Shown: positions 26,096 through 36,004 of the stretch, one piece after another
Numbering within the stretch: position 1 is the stretch's first letter
Layout: the number at the start of each line of letters is the position of its first letter
Assembly: GCA_900299395.1 (NCBI GenBank)
Contig: OMJO01000012.1
Location: forward strand, 623 to 64,622
Reading direction: 5' to 3'
Length of the DNA stretch: 64,000 bases
DNA from: a bacterium
GTDB taxonomy: Bacteria > Patescibacteriota > Saccharimonadia > Saccharimonadales > OMJO01
The notes under the pieces: generated by a model
Database searches by the model: none
What the model was told of the DNA's origin: nothing
The model's input: the letters and a program-made list of their open reading frames with translations, nothing else
Made by a program: the position numbers and the translations under genes

Positions 26096-28036
26096 ATGTA
26101 CTACCGAGTTTTGGTTGCATCACAGAGGTATCATAAACCCGAGGCGCTCACCTATGAATCAGGGGAAACACTGCATACCGGAGACGTTATTAGTGTGCCC
26201 CTGCAGCAGCAGAATGTTGTAGGTGTTGTATTAGATAGTACAACCAAGCCTCGTTTTTCAGTTAAGCCCGTCACAACCATATTGCACCCGTCAGCAATTG
26301 ATCGCCAGCACCTGGAGCTACTTTTGTGGCTACAACAGTACTACCCTGGCCCCAGTGGTATAACCACTGGGCTTTTCTTGCCCTCCTTCTTGTTGGGTAG
26401 CAGTAAGCAAATCCCCGACAATGACACCAAACTGTCTAGTTCTAGCATGTTCCCTGGTGCGCCTCCGCTAACTGCAGAACAACAGAAAGCCATTGCAACA
26501 ATTCAGAAATCCGCTGGCCACAGTGTCCTTCTACATGGTTTAACAGGTAGCGGGAAGACGCGTGTTTACACAGAGTTAGCCGACACTGCCACAGCAAAAG
26601 GTCAGAGTGTTGTGGTGATGACACCAGAAATTGGTCTTACACCCCAACTTACTAAAAGTTTTGAGCAGCTTGGTAAAGCTATATCTGTCTTGCATTCAGG
26701 CATGACACCAAAAGAAAGACGGCAAATCTGGCATACTATCGCAGCATGCCGTGAGCCACAGATTATTATTGGACCACGATCTGCCTTGTTTGCCCCCGTA
26801 AAGAACGTTGGTCTCATTATCATTGACGAGATGCATGACACTTCCTACAAACAAGAACAATCTCCGCACTATTCCACACCACGTGTCGCCGCGAGATTAG
26901 CGCAGCTGTACGACGCCAAACTGGTGCTGGGGAGCGCAACCCCGCCCGTTGCCGACTATTATCTGTTCGAAGTACGAAAACTACCGATAGTAACTATGCA
27001 AAAGTCGGCCATAAAAAATACTCATCCGATTCAGACTGATGTGGTTGATCTCAAAGATCGAACCCTCTTCACAAGCTCGCCGTGGATTAGCAAACCACTG
27101 CTGCAAGCTATTGAGGGCGCACTACAAAGAAAGGAACAGAGTCTCATATTCCTCAATCGTCGCGGTACGGCTCGAGTTATCCTGTGTCAAAACTGCGGAT
27201 GGCAAGCACTATGCCCTCGATGTGATTTACCGCTCACGTATCATGCAGACACCCATAAGGCCATCTGTCACACGTGTGGTTACTCACAGTCTAGCCCCAC
27301 AAACTGCCCAGTCTGTCAGTCCACAGACATCCTCTTTAAAAGCGCAGGAACAAAGAGTATCGCCAGTGAATTGGCCAGACTCTTCCCATCGGCAAAAATT
27401 AAACGATTCGATAGTGACCTCAAAAAAACAGAACGTCTTGATCAGAATTACCAAGAAATACTAACTGGTGGGGCAGATATCCTTGTAGGTACCCAAATGC
27501 TTGGGAAAGGGCTCGATTTGCCAAAACTTGCCGTCGTGGGCGTGGTACTCGCCGACACAACTCTCAACTTCCCCGACTTTACTGCAGAGGAACGCACATT
27601 TCAGGCTCTCATCCAGGTCCTAGGTCGCGTTGGGCGCGGCCACACAGAAAGTAGCGTCATAGTCCAAACCCATCACCCTAAGTCCCTTCTAATCAACTAC
27701 GCAATGACGAATAACTATCGTGCATTCTATGAAGAACAGTTACGAGAGCGACAAAAGTTTCACTTTCCTCCGTACTACCATCTTTTGAAATTAAGCTGTA
27801 CACGTAAAACTAAGGTCTCGGCGCAGCGAGCAGCACAGGCTCTTGCCGAGCAACTGCAACTAAAGAGTCACGACACTGAGATTATCGGTCCTTCTCCTGC
27901 ATTTATCGAAAAAGGTGTGAGTGGTTACACATGGCAAATAGTTATCAAGGCTCGTAAGCGAGCAGATTTACTACGCATCATCAAAGTTCTACCCTCAAAC
28001 TGGCACTATGATCTTGACCCATCCCATCTGTTGTAG
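26096..28036 (+). CDS. priA: primosomal protein N' (PriA helicase)
   Basis: Walker A GLTGSGKTRVY, DEMHD, and a Cys-rich zinc insert CQNCGWQALCPRCDLPLTYH...CHTCGY...CPVCQS. I chose the start at ATG 26096 (MYYRVLVA...). The ORF-track start 25880 overlaps the divergent regulator gene. Confidence 0.9.
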   Translation: MYYRVLVASQRYHKPEALTYESGETLHTGDVISVPLQQQNVVGVVLDSTTKPRFSVKPVTTILHPSAIDRQHLELLLWLQQYYPGPSGITTGLFLPSFLLGSSKQIPDNDTKLSSSSMFPGAPPLTAEQQKAIATIQKSAGHSVLLHGLTGSGKTRVYTELADTATAKGQSVVVMTPEIGLTPQLTKSFEQLGKAISVLHSGMTPKERRQIWHTIAACREPQIIIGPRSALFAPVKNVGLIIIDEMHDTSYKQEQSPHYSTPRVAARLAQLYDAKLVLGSATPPVADYYLFEVRKLPIVTMQKSAIKNTHPIQTDVVDLKDRTLFTSSPWISKPLLQAIEGALQRKEQSLIFLNRRGTARVILCQNCGWQALCPRCDLPLTYHADTHKAICHTCGYSQSSPTNCPVCQSTDILFKSAGTKSIASELARLFPSAKIKRFDSDLKKTERLDQNYQEILTGGADILVGTQMLGKGLDLPKLAVVGVVLADTTLNFPDFTAEERTFQALIQVLGRVGRGHTESSVIVQTHHPKSLLINYAMTNNYRAFYEEQLRERQKFHFPPYYHLLKLSCTRKTKVSAQRAAQALAEQLQLKSHDTEIIGPSPAFIEKGVSGYTWQIVIKARKRADLLRIIKVLPSNWHYDLDPSHLL

Positions 28037-28082
28037 AGTTTGATGATAGAAGAACTTCAGATATACTCACTACTAATTAGCT

Positions 28083-28646
28083 ATGAAAAAAGAAGACATT
28101 ATCACCCTCCCCCATAAAAGCTTGCGCCAGCGTTCAATACGCATTGGGATTATCACAGATGATATATTAAAACTTATAACAGATATGAAGTCTGCGATGC
28201 TTGACTGGGAAGCTGCGCGAGATCACGAAATTACTGTTGGGTTGGCAGCTGTGCAAGTCAACAAACTACTGCGAATCTTCATTATTAGAGACAAGCCTGA
28301 CCACAGCGCGTTTGCCGTGTTTATTAACCCGGAGATAACGAAATACGAGGGCAAGCTCATCGAGGATTACGAAGGATGTTTGAGCATCAAAGATATCTAC
28401 GGGCTGGTTCCCCGGTACGAAAAAGTCCGAGTACGGGCAATGGGTGTCGACGGAAAAATATTCACTGTAAAAGCGAGCGGTGATATAGCCCGTATCTTGC
28501 AACATGAGACTGACCATACCAACGGTGTTGTTTTCATTGACCATATCAAAGATACCCCCGATGCCTTCTATCAGTTAACCGAAAAAGGTAACTTGCATAA
28601 ACTAGACTATGAAAAAGACATCCGAAACAATCGTATTCTTTGGTAG
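28083..28646 (+). CDS. def: peptide deformylase
   Basis: 187 aa. Motifs GLAAVQV, EGCLS and HETDH. Confidence 0.93.
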   Translation: MKKEDIITLPHKSLRQRSIRIGIITDDILKLITDMKSAMLDWEAARDHEITVGLAAVQVNKLLRIFIIRDKPDHSAFAVFINPEITKYEGKLIEDYEGCLSIKDIYGLVPRYEKVRVRAMGVDGKIFTVKASGDIARILQHETDHTNGVVFIDHIKDTPDAFYQLTEKGNLHKLDYEKDIRNNRILW

Positions 28647-29520
28647 TGGCCCCGTTGCCGCCGCCTCCTTGGGCCATCTCTCTGAGGTTTTCTCTATAGA
28701 AGCAGTGATTACAAAAGCCCGGGCAGCACACCACCGTGTTGCCGCCCCTGTTGAGATTTTAGCTTCTACTAAGGATCTACCGCTATTGTTTGCGAATACC
28801 CGACAAGAACTCGACGAACTTCTTGAGAAGACCAACTTGAAAAGCAGAGTCGGCGTTATTGTGGATTTCGGCGTTATTGTTTCACAAGGTGCAATCGACC
28901 ATTTTGAACTGGGCATCATAAATAGTCACTTCAGCTTACTCCCAGAATGGCGTGGTGCGGATCCCATCACCTTTGCAGTACTGAGTGGCCAGCCCAAGAC
29001 TGGCGTAAGTCTGATGCTTATAGAGCCCACCCTAGATACTGGGAAAATCCTTACTCAGAAGAGCTTGCCTATCACCCCTAAAGATACAACACCCACATTG
29101 ACAGATAAGCTTATTAACCTGAGTAATCTGCTTCTGGCGGAATACTTACCTCAATATCTAGAGGGTAGTGTAAAACCACGCTCACAGCCCCATCCAGACC
29201 GTGCAACATACTCACGGAAGCTAACTAAAGAAGATGGCACCATCAACTGGGATAAAAGCGCTGCCGAGCTGGAGCGCGAGATTCGCGCGTATGCCGAATG
29301 GCCGCGCAGTCGGACAATGCTAGATAACAAAGAGGTCATCGTCGTAGCTGCGCACGTAGTGCCCGGCAATAATGATAAGCCTGGAGCTATTAGCATTGAT
29401 GAGAAGCGCTCAAAAATCACCGTTGCAACTGGTAAAGACTCTTTGCAGATAGACATACTACAACCCGCCGGCAAGAAAGCAATGACGGCTCAAGCCTTTT
29501 TGCTTGGAAATCTGAAATAG
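28609..29520 (+). CDS. fmt: methionyl-tRNA formyltransferase
   Basis: 303 aa. NSHFSLLPEWRGADPI motif. Overlaps def by 38 nt, and def-fmt synteny is conserved. Confidence 0.9.
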   Translation: MKKTSETIVFFGSGPVAAASLGHLSEVFSIEAVITKARAAHHRVAAPVEILASTKDLPLLFANTRQELDELLEKTNLKSRVGVIVDFGVIVSQGAIDHFELGIINSHFSLLPEWRGADPITFAVLSGQPKTGVSLMLIEPTLDTGKILTQKSLPITPKDTTPTLTDKLINLSNLLLAEYLPQYLEGSVKPRSQPHPDRATYSRKLTKEDGTINWDKSAAELEREIRAYAEWPRSRTMLDNKEVIVVAAHVVPGNNDKPGAISIDEKRSKITVATGKDSLQIDILQPAGKKAMTAQAFLLGNLK

Positions 29521-29522
29521 GC

Positions 29523-29840
29523 CTACTGTTCTTGGCTAGCTGCGAGTATCTGTGGAGCTGCCTGTTTTATCTCTGCTTTAAGTTTTTCAAGCTGATCAGC
29601 AACCACCTGCTTATAGTCTGGAAAGTTTGTTTCAAGCCACTTTAGAGCACCAGGCTCGTCATTCTTATCGATGAACGCTTCGAATTCATCGAGCTGCTGA
29701 TTCGACATCTGCTCCGCCAAGCGCATACCTACCCTCATTTCGAGTGTTTCATAGATGTGAGCTAGCATTTTGTTTTTATCAGCCACAGGCAATTCACCTA
29801 ATCCGAGATCCTCTAACAATGCATTATCGAGTTTAAACAT
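29523..29840 (-). CDS. hypothetical small acidic helical protein
   Basis: 105 aa. A clean ORF with an SD-like AGAGGAAG upstream. I recognised no motif. Confidence 0.5.
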   Translation of the reverse strand: MFKLDNALLEDLGLGELPVADKNKMLAHIYETLEMRVGMRLAEQMSNQQLDEFEAFIDKNDEPGALKWLETNFPDYKQVVADQLEKLKAEIKQAAPQILAASQEQ

Positions 29841-29901
29841 GCTGTACTTCCTCTTGTGTTCTGTTTATTCTACCAGATAGTCCCATTATGAGCATACACC
29901 T

Positions 29902-31323
29902 CTACCCCACTACCCTATACGCAATCAGACCAAGCACAATTAACACAATAGCTGACCAAAACCCCCACCTGACAGCACTCGCATAGAGTTCCCCCGTTTG
30001 ATGAGGTTTTGTTTGCGCTGCCAGTTTTTCTGCCAATTCCCTGTTCGTCTGTTGTAGCGAAGGCTGCAGCTGCTCGGCATACTTCTGATACGTACTTGGC
30101 ATAATGGCACCAATTGGCACTGGGCTAGAGGTAACTGAATCACTATCTTTGATCTCGTGTCTCTGTTCAAATCGTTTTTCAATCGGTTCACCGTGCTCCG
30201 CTGCCTCAACAACACGTTCTAGCACCTGCTCACTTGGACGCTCCTTTTCGACCGTAGTTTTTACTGTTTGCGTATCTTGTTCCTGTGCTGGCACAGCTTT
30301 CTCTACTTGTTTTTCAATACCTGCGGCGGAGTTCTCGGAAGTACTGCGAGTTTCTCGCGTAACCGTATCAATCTGACGGTCCGCAACAGGAGTTCGTTCT
30401 GCGATTTTCTCAGATTGAAGCACTGCTGGGGTATCAGGGATGGCGCGTTTAACTTCTTTTTTCAGTTCCTCAACGGTACGCTCCTGTCTTTTTTTGATCT
30501 GGTGCTTCAGTTTACGCGTCTGATCTTCGCGCTTTTCATCGGCGCGTCTCTGTACATCACGCTCGCGAATACGCTCTTCTGCAAGCCGTGCAGGAGTAGG
30601 CGTTAACTCGCTCACTTCTCGGTGTTGCATATCTTCATAGTGCAAGATAGGCGTAACCATCTCAGTAGCTGATACGGGAAATTGTCTATTATCGACAGAT
30701 CCAAGTGGAGGCAAATCTTCTGTGGGACCTTCCCAGCGGGGAGGTATAATCGGAGCGACTTCTTGCTGTTCATGTGTCACCTGAAGAAAAGGTAATGGCT
30801 CTTCATCGTCGTGAGAAATAATAGTCTCCCCGTGATAACCCCCATCACTCTGGTCATCATGAGACGTTTCAGAAGTGCTATTTTGTTCATGCTGGGTTTC
30901 GTACACAAGGTCAGACTCTCTACTGTCAGGAGGTTCAGGCGCAACCGACTCTACTTCTCGATGCTCGGGCATCCCCGTAGAATCTTCTAGGCCCCGTTCA
31001 GAATTTTCATCAAAACCCAGAAACTGATCAAGTGAAGCAGTTTCTACCGGCAATTCGGTATCATTGCCCTGCTGTTCGATGAGTTCGGCACTTGCAATGC
31101 TACCGAACAACTTCCCCCATAGTCGACGGAAGCGACCTGTAGACGGATCTTTTTCTAGAGTAGTATCACCCTCTTTTTTACGGGCTTCATCTTTCTCTAG
31201 TTTCTCTGTTCCAAGAAGCTCGTGCAGACGATCTTGAAATGAAACCAAAAAACCCTGCTTTCGCTCGATAGCTGGTGAACTCTTTTCCTCGTTATTGGTA
31301 ACGGGTGGTCGACTTTCTTCCAT
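29902..31323 (-). CDS. tail-anchored, highly charged low-complexity protein
   Basis: 473 aa, E/R/K/Q/T-rich. A single C-terminal TM segment WGFWSAIVLIVLGLIAY. Starts 24 nt after the infB stop on the same strand. Confidence 0.55.
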   Translation of the reverse strand: MEESRPPVTNNEEKSSPAIERKQGFLVSFQDRLHELLGTEKLEKDEARKKEGDTTLEKDPSTGRFRRLWGKLFGSIASAELIEQQGNDTELPVETASLDQFLGFDENSERGLEDSTGMPEHREVESVAPEPPDSRESDLVYETQHEQNSTSETSHDDQSDGGYHGETIISHDDEEPLPFLQVTHEQQEVAPIIPPRWEGPTEDLPPLGSVDNRQFPVSATEMVTPILHYEDMQHREVSELTPTPARLAEERIRERDVQRRADEKREDQTRKLKHQIKKRQERTVEELKKEVKRAIPDTPAVLQSEKIAERTPVADRQIDTVTRETRSTSENSAAGIEKQVEKAVPAQEQDTQTVKTTVEKERPSEQVLERVVEAAEHGEPIEKRFEQRHEIKDSDSVTSSPVPIGAIMPSTYQKYAEQLQPSLQQTNRELAEKLAAQTKPHQTGELYASAVRWGFWSAIVLIVLGLIAYRVVG

Positions 31324-31347
31324 TGTGGGCCTCCTCTGGTCAGGAGT

Positions 31348-33105
31348 CTATAGTGAGCGCTCTACAACCTCACGTTTTATTAGTTCCAGCCTGTCATCTA
31401 CCTGTAGATCAAGCTTAGATTCAGTCTTAAGCGACATCCCACACATCTCGCCCTCAACCACCTCTTTCGTATCCTGTGGACCACGCTTCAAATTAGTGAC
31501 TTCTACCTCGGCAATTTGCTCATTACCCCGCATCACTTTGGCAAGAGCTGGAACTGTTAACTTGCCTTTGGTCACCTCGCCACCACAGATAACTTCTGAT
31601 TTAGTTGTCTTAAACACCCCTTTTACGACTAAACGACCGAGTTCGGTTTCGACCACCTCTGGTGCCAGCAACTTACTCATCTCAGTTTTAGCATCATCTA
31701 GTAACTCATAAATAACATGATAGAGTCGGATACTAACTTTATCTCTGCTTGCCGACTGTTTAATGCTTGCCGGTAGTGTCACGTTAAAACCGTACACAAT
31801 GGCTTTACTAGTGTGCGCCATATGAACATCATTCTCTGTAATCGCGCCAACACCTGAACCGACGACTCGTACAGCCACTTCTTCGGTATCAAGCGCTTTC
31901 AAACTGTCCACTACAGAAGTCAATGAACCTTGCACATCTGCCTTTACGATAACATTGAGCTCACTCAATTTATTTGTTCGGTTAATCATTCGGATAAGCT
32001 CGGTACTATTGATGTTTAATTTACTACCCGACTGTTGCTTATTGGCCTGCGAAGCAGCTTGATTACGGGCTGTTTTTTCATCTTTAACCGCGCCGAACTC
32101 GTCCCCGAACTCCGGTAGAGACTTGAACCCGGTTAGTACTACTGGCGTAGAGGGCAAAGCCTCTTTCAATTTCTTGCCATCAGTTGATTCTAGGTTTCGA
32201 ATACGTGCGTATGTTGTACCAGCTACAATGAAATCCCCAGCTTTCAGGCGACCAGCTTCTACTAACGCAATCGCCACAGGCCCTCGCCCTTGCTCCATGT
32301 GAGCCTCAATGACAAGTCCCGCCGCAGGTACGTCTACATCTGCACGCAGGTCCTCGACATCAGCAACGAGTAAAATCATCTCTAGAAGTTCAGGTATTCC
32401 TTTACCTGTTTTCGCGGAAACCTCAACCACGACCGTGTCCCCACCCCATTCTTCAACCAGAAGATCATGCTCAGACAGTTGCTGCTTAATCCTGTTAACG
32501 TCGGCACCTTCTTTGTCGATCTTGTTAACGGCGACTATCATCTTGACCCCCGCTTTGCGGGCAAAACGAATTGCCTCAATAGTTTGCGGCTTGATGCCAT
32601 CATCTGCAGCAATCACAATAATCACCACATCAGTCAGCTGTGCTCCATGCTCACGGAGCGCTGCAAACGCTTCGTGTCCAGGGGTATCAAGAAAAGTAAT
32701 CAAACGCTCGCCGCTTTTTACCTGATACGCCGAGATATGCTGTGTGATACCACCAGCCTCGCCTTTAACAACGGCCGAGCCTCGTATTGCATCCAACAGG
32801 CTAGTCTTGCCATGATCAACATGCCCCATCACGGCTACTACTGGTGGACGGGTCGCAGCCTTATCGCTTGCCGCGTGTTTAACCCGGGATGAGACAACGA
32901 GCTGCTCGTCTTTCTTCTGTAGCTCTGTGTCCAAACCAAGTTCACCGACAATAATCTGAGCGGTATCAAAATCAATACGCTCGTTTACGGTAGCCATGAC
33001 CCCGTTTTTCATTAGCTCAGCAATCAAACGGGTAACTGGTATCATCAATTTCTCGGCTAGGTCACCGACAGTGATTGAGCCTTCGATTTCGATGGTTGTA
33101 GCCAT
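31348..33105 (-). CDS. infB: translation initiation factor IF-2 (short N-terminus)
   Basis: 585 aa. G domain [22 protein letters not shown] and NKID. Confidence 0.95.
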   Translation of the reverse strand: MATTIEIEGSITVGDLAEKLMIPVTRLIAELMKNGVMATVNERIDFDTAQIIVGELGLDTELQKKDEQLVVSSRVKHAASDKAATRPPVVAVMGHVDHGKTSLLDAIRGSAVVKGEAGGITQHISAYQVKSGERLITFLDTPGHEAFAALREHGAQLTDVVIIVIAADDGIKPQTIEAIRFARKAGVKMIVAVNKIDKEGADVNRIKQQLSEHDLLVEEWGGDTVVVEVSAKTGKGIPELLEMILLVADVEDLRADVDVPAAGLVIEAHMEQGRGPVAIALVEAGRLKAGDFIVAGTTYARIRNLESTDGKKLKEALPSTPVVLTGFKSLPEFGDEFGAVKDEKTARNQAASQANKQQSGSKLNINSTELIRMINRTNKLSELNVIVKADVQGSLTSVVDSLKALDTEEVAVRVVGSGVGAITENDVHMAHTSKAIVYGFNVTLPASIKQSASRDKVSIRLYHVIYELLDDAKTEMSKLLAPEVVETELGRLVVKGVFKTTKSEVICGGEVTKGKLTVPALAKVMRGNEQIAEVEVTNLKRGPQDTKEVVEGEMCGMSLKTESKLDLQVDDRLELIKREVVERSL

Positions 33106-33149
33106 GATGATACGTCCTTTCCCGCAGATTGCTGCGCTTAATTCTCGAT

Positions 33150-34217
33150 CTACTTGGCGTCTTTGAGGCTCAACGCAATCTTACGTCCCTCGGTATCGAT
33201 GTCAAGAACCTTGAACTTCTTTTTTTCGTTTAGTTGGAAAATCTTCTCAGGGTCAACACCTTCGTCGTCGCTCATTTCTGATACATGAACAAGCGCCTCA
33301 ACTGCTGAACTTAGCTGCACAAACGCACCAAACGGAGTGATGCGGGTTACTTTACCCTCTACGATGTCACCCTTCTTGAAGGCTTTTACTTCTTGTAGCC
33401 ATGGGTCTTCGCTCATCTGCTTCAAGCTAAGGCTCAAGCGGTCTTTATCGATGGCGATTATCTTGGCTTTTACGGTTTGACCTGTTTTGACGTAGTCACG
33501 AGGGTCTTCGACACGTTCCCAAGAAATTTCAGAGATGTGAATAAGGCCTTCAATTCCGTCAACGTTTACAAACGCGCCAAAATCAATAACCCCAGTTACA
33601 ACGCCTTCGACCTCATCGCCCACCTTGAGTTCAGAGAAGCGTGCCTGCATGTCGTCTTTAACTGCTTCCTTCTCAGAGAAGATAAGCTTATTGTCCTTGC
33701 GGCTGACGTCCAAAATACGAACGCGTAGAACCTTATTTACTAGCTGATTGAGCTTCTGCAGGATTTCATCCTTATCAGCGCCCGAAACGCGCGGATAGTG
33801 CCCTGCTGCGAGCTGTGAAACGGGCAAGAAACCACGGATTCCTTCAAGCTCAACGAGCAAACCACCACGGTTGGCGTCATACGGAGTAATCTCCACTATT
33901 TCCTGACTATCGAATAACCGTTGTAGCTCGTCCCAACCTCGGTCTTTGGCTGCACGACGCATACTCAGTAGTGCGTATCCTTCGTCCATTTCAGGATCCA
34001 CAACGCTTGTGACAACTGCTTGCCCTTCTTCGAGCTGTTGACCGTGCCCAATCTCGCGACGCATCACGACACCGACACCCCTGGCTCCAAGGTCAATCCA
34101 GATCTCGTGCTTTCGCACAGAACTGACAACGCCTTCGACAACGTCTCCTGCTTTTAATTGTTGAATGTCACTGCTGGCCAATAAATCGTCCATAGTAACA
34201 GTAGTACTTTTTGACAT
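33150..34217 (-). CDS. rpsA: 30S ribosomal protein S1 (four S1 domains)
   Basis: 355 aa. Four repeats of the G.VV.G.V..I..FGAFV.L...EGL.H.SE type. Strong SD GGAGG. Confidence 0.85.
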   Translation of the reverse strand: MSKSTTVTMDDLLASSDIQQLKAGDVVEGVVSSVRKHEIWIDLGARGVGVVMRREIGHGQQLEEGQAVVTSVVDPEMDEGYALLSMRRAAKDRGWDELQRLFDSQEIVEITPYDANRGGLLVELEGIRGFLPVSQLAAGHYPRVSGADKDEILQKLNQLVNKVLRVRILDVSRKDNKLIFSEKEAVKDDMQARFSELKVGDEVEGVVTGVIDFGAFVNVDGIEGLIHISEISWERVEDPRDYVKTGQTVKAKIIAIDKDRLSLSLKQMSEDPWLQEVKAFKKGDIVEGKVTRITPFGAFVQLSSAVEALVHVSEMSDDEGVDPEKIFQLNEKKKFKVLDIDTEGRKIALSLKDAK

Positions 34218-34321
34218 GTTAATTCATGCCTCCTTCTGATGTATTCCTCGAAGCAGCTAAGCAAACTGCTTGTATGGTTAGCTGCATTATATCTGTTATT
34301 TCCCTGGAGGTCAAAGGGTTA

Positions 34322-35167
34322 ATGGTTCGGTCTTATGCTACACTAAATGTTATGATTGGGGCTGTCGATATTGGGGGAACAAAGACGCTTATTGCCGCCT
34401 TTAACGGCAAGGGCGAGATATTGGAGCAGCGCAAGTTTGCGACTCCCCAAAACTACGAAGAATTTCTACACGTTTTACAGGAAAATGTTGCACAACTTAC
34501 TACAAAAGACTTTTTGCGGGCTGCTGTGGCAGTACCTGGTCGCCTCGATCGCACCACTGGTATAGCGCTTGGCTACGGTACTCTGCACTGGGGTCGTGCC
34601 ACTATTGAAGCCGATACTGAAAAAATTCTTGGCTGCCCTGTCCGTATCGAAAACGATGCAAAACTGGCAGGGTTGTATGAAGGACGACAACTCAAGCAAT
34701 ACAAAGACGTTTTATACGTCACGATCGGAACAGGAATTAGCTGTGCACTTATCACAAATGGTAATATTAATGACAGCTTAGCCGATAGTGAAGGTGGCCA
34801 AATACTTGTTGATTATCGCGGCTCCATGCGCCAGTGGGAAGATGTTGTTTCTGGTCGTGCAATTGTTGAACGGTTTCAAAAGCGCGCCAGCGATATCAAT
34901 GATGCCCACACGTGGAAAATTATTGCGCATGATCTAGGCTTGGGATTAATTGACCTCATATCAGTCATTCAACCTGACATCATCGTTATGGGGGGCGGCG
35001 TTAATACCAACTTTGAAAAATATATTGGACATCTGGAAAAAGAACTCAAAAAATACGAAACCCCTTTGGTACCTATACCTCCAATCCACTGCGCGACCAA
35101 GCCAGAAGAAGCCGTCATTTATGGCTGTTATGAACTCGCGAAGGATCCATATGGACGAGCTCATTGA
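34322..35167 (+). CDS. ROK-family sugar kinase (glucokinase-like)
   Basis: GAVDIGGTKTLIA, ENDAKLAGL, and GTGISCALI...GG motifs. Start is either ATG 34322 (GGAGG 11 nt upstream) or ATG 34352. The ORF-track start 34226 abuts the rpsA start. Confidence 0.75.
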   Translation: MVRSYATLNVMIGAVDIGGTKTLIAAFNGKGEILEQRKFATPQNYEEFLHVLQENVAQLTTKDFLRAAVAVPGRLDRTTGIALGYGTLHWGRATIEADTEKILGCPVRIENDAKLAGLYEGRQLKQYKDVLYVTIGTGISCALITNGNINDSLADSEGGQILVDYRGSMRQWEDVVSGRAIVERFQKRASDINDAHTWKIIAHDLGLGLIDLISVIQPDIIVMGGGVNTNFEKYIGHLEKELKKYETPLVPIPPIHCATKPEEAVIYGCYELAKDPYGRAH

Positions 35168-35663
35168 TAAATTAAAAGATATCATACCTGGTATAAAGTT
35201 TGATAAAAGTGAGTCGTTCTGTTGGTCGCCTGCCAGTAGAACTATTACGTATACCGATTCGCCTAGTTCTGATAAAGAAAGTGCGTGGTCACTTCTGCAT
35301 GAAGCTGGTCATGCCCTTCTGTCTCACCAAGACTACGACTCAGACATCCAACTGGTTCTCCTTGAAGTCGCTGCATGGGAAAAGGCCAAGAGTATAGGAA
35401 GCTCGGTAGGTATTACAATTGAGGAAGATCACATCCAAGACTGTCTGGACACCTACCGGGATTGGTTACACCAGAGAAGCACCTGCCCGCGGTGCGGCGT
35501 TGTCAGTCTTCAAGTAAATGCAGAACAGTACACGTGCCACAACTGCACCTGTGTCTGGGTTGTTTCAAGTGCGCGCTTCTGTAGGCCATACCGAAGAATG
35601 GCTACCATACAAACAAAAAAGTCGCTGAGTGAGCCTAAAACTCTTTCAGCGACCTTTTCGTAG
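35151..35663 (+). CDS. putative zinc metallopeptidase (HExxH) with a C-terminal zinc ribbon
   Basis: 170 aa starting at MDELIDKL. Has HEAGHALLSH and CPRCG-x15-CHNC. Overlaps the ROK gene end by 17 nt. SD-like AAGGA 5 nt upstream. Confidence 0.6.
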   Translation: MDELIDKLKDIIPGIKFDKSESFCWSPASRTITYTDSPSSDKESAWSLLHEAGHALLSHQDYDSDIQLVLLEVAAWEKAKSIGSSVGITIEEDHIQDCLDTYRDWLHQRSTCPRCGVVSLQVNAEQYTCHNCTCVWVVSSARFCRPYRRMATIQTKKSLSEPKTLSATFS

Positions 35664-35672
35664 TGAAGTCTG

Positions 35673-35870
35673 TTAAACAGTCTTCTTAGTGCGGCGAGAG
35701 ATACGTCCACCCTTGGCGCCAGCAACACGAGCGAGCTCACGGTTGGCATAAAAACCACCGGTACGGCCCTTCTTGCCACCCATTGCGCCGATGCGAGCGT
35801 AAAAATCTGCACCGTACTTCTTCTTGTTGGTTGTAGCGGCAGCCTTGCCGCCAGGTACTGTTCCAGCCAT
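35673..35870 (-). CDS. KGG-repeat general stress protein (YciG/GsiB-like)
   Basis: 65 aa from MAGTVPGGK... with repeated GGKKG/GAKGG motifs. SD GGGAGG upstream of ATG 35870. Confidence 0.7.
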   Translation of the reverse strand: MAGTVPGGKAAATTNKKKYGADFYARIGAMGGKKGRTGGFYANRELARVAGAKGGRISRRTKKTV

Positions 35871-36004
35871 GTTTTGGCCTCCCTTATCCTTACTACCTTC
35901 TCGAGCGGATACAAAAAGAGTTCTCCTTTGCAGGAAAACCCTCATGTATTCTTTCGAATATGCTTATGATACCACTACATAACCATTATGTCAACAGTCT
36001 CCAC

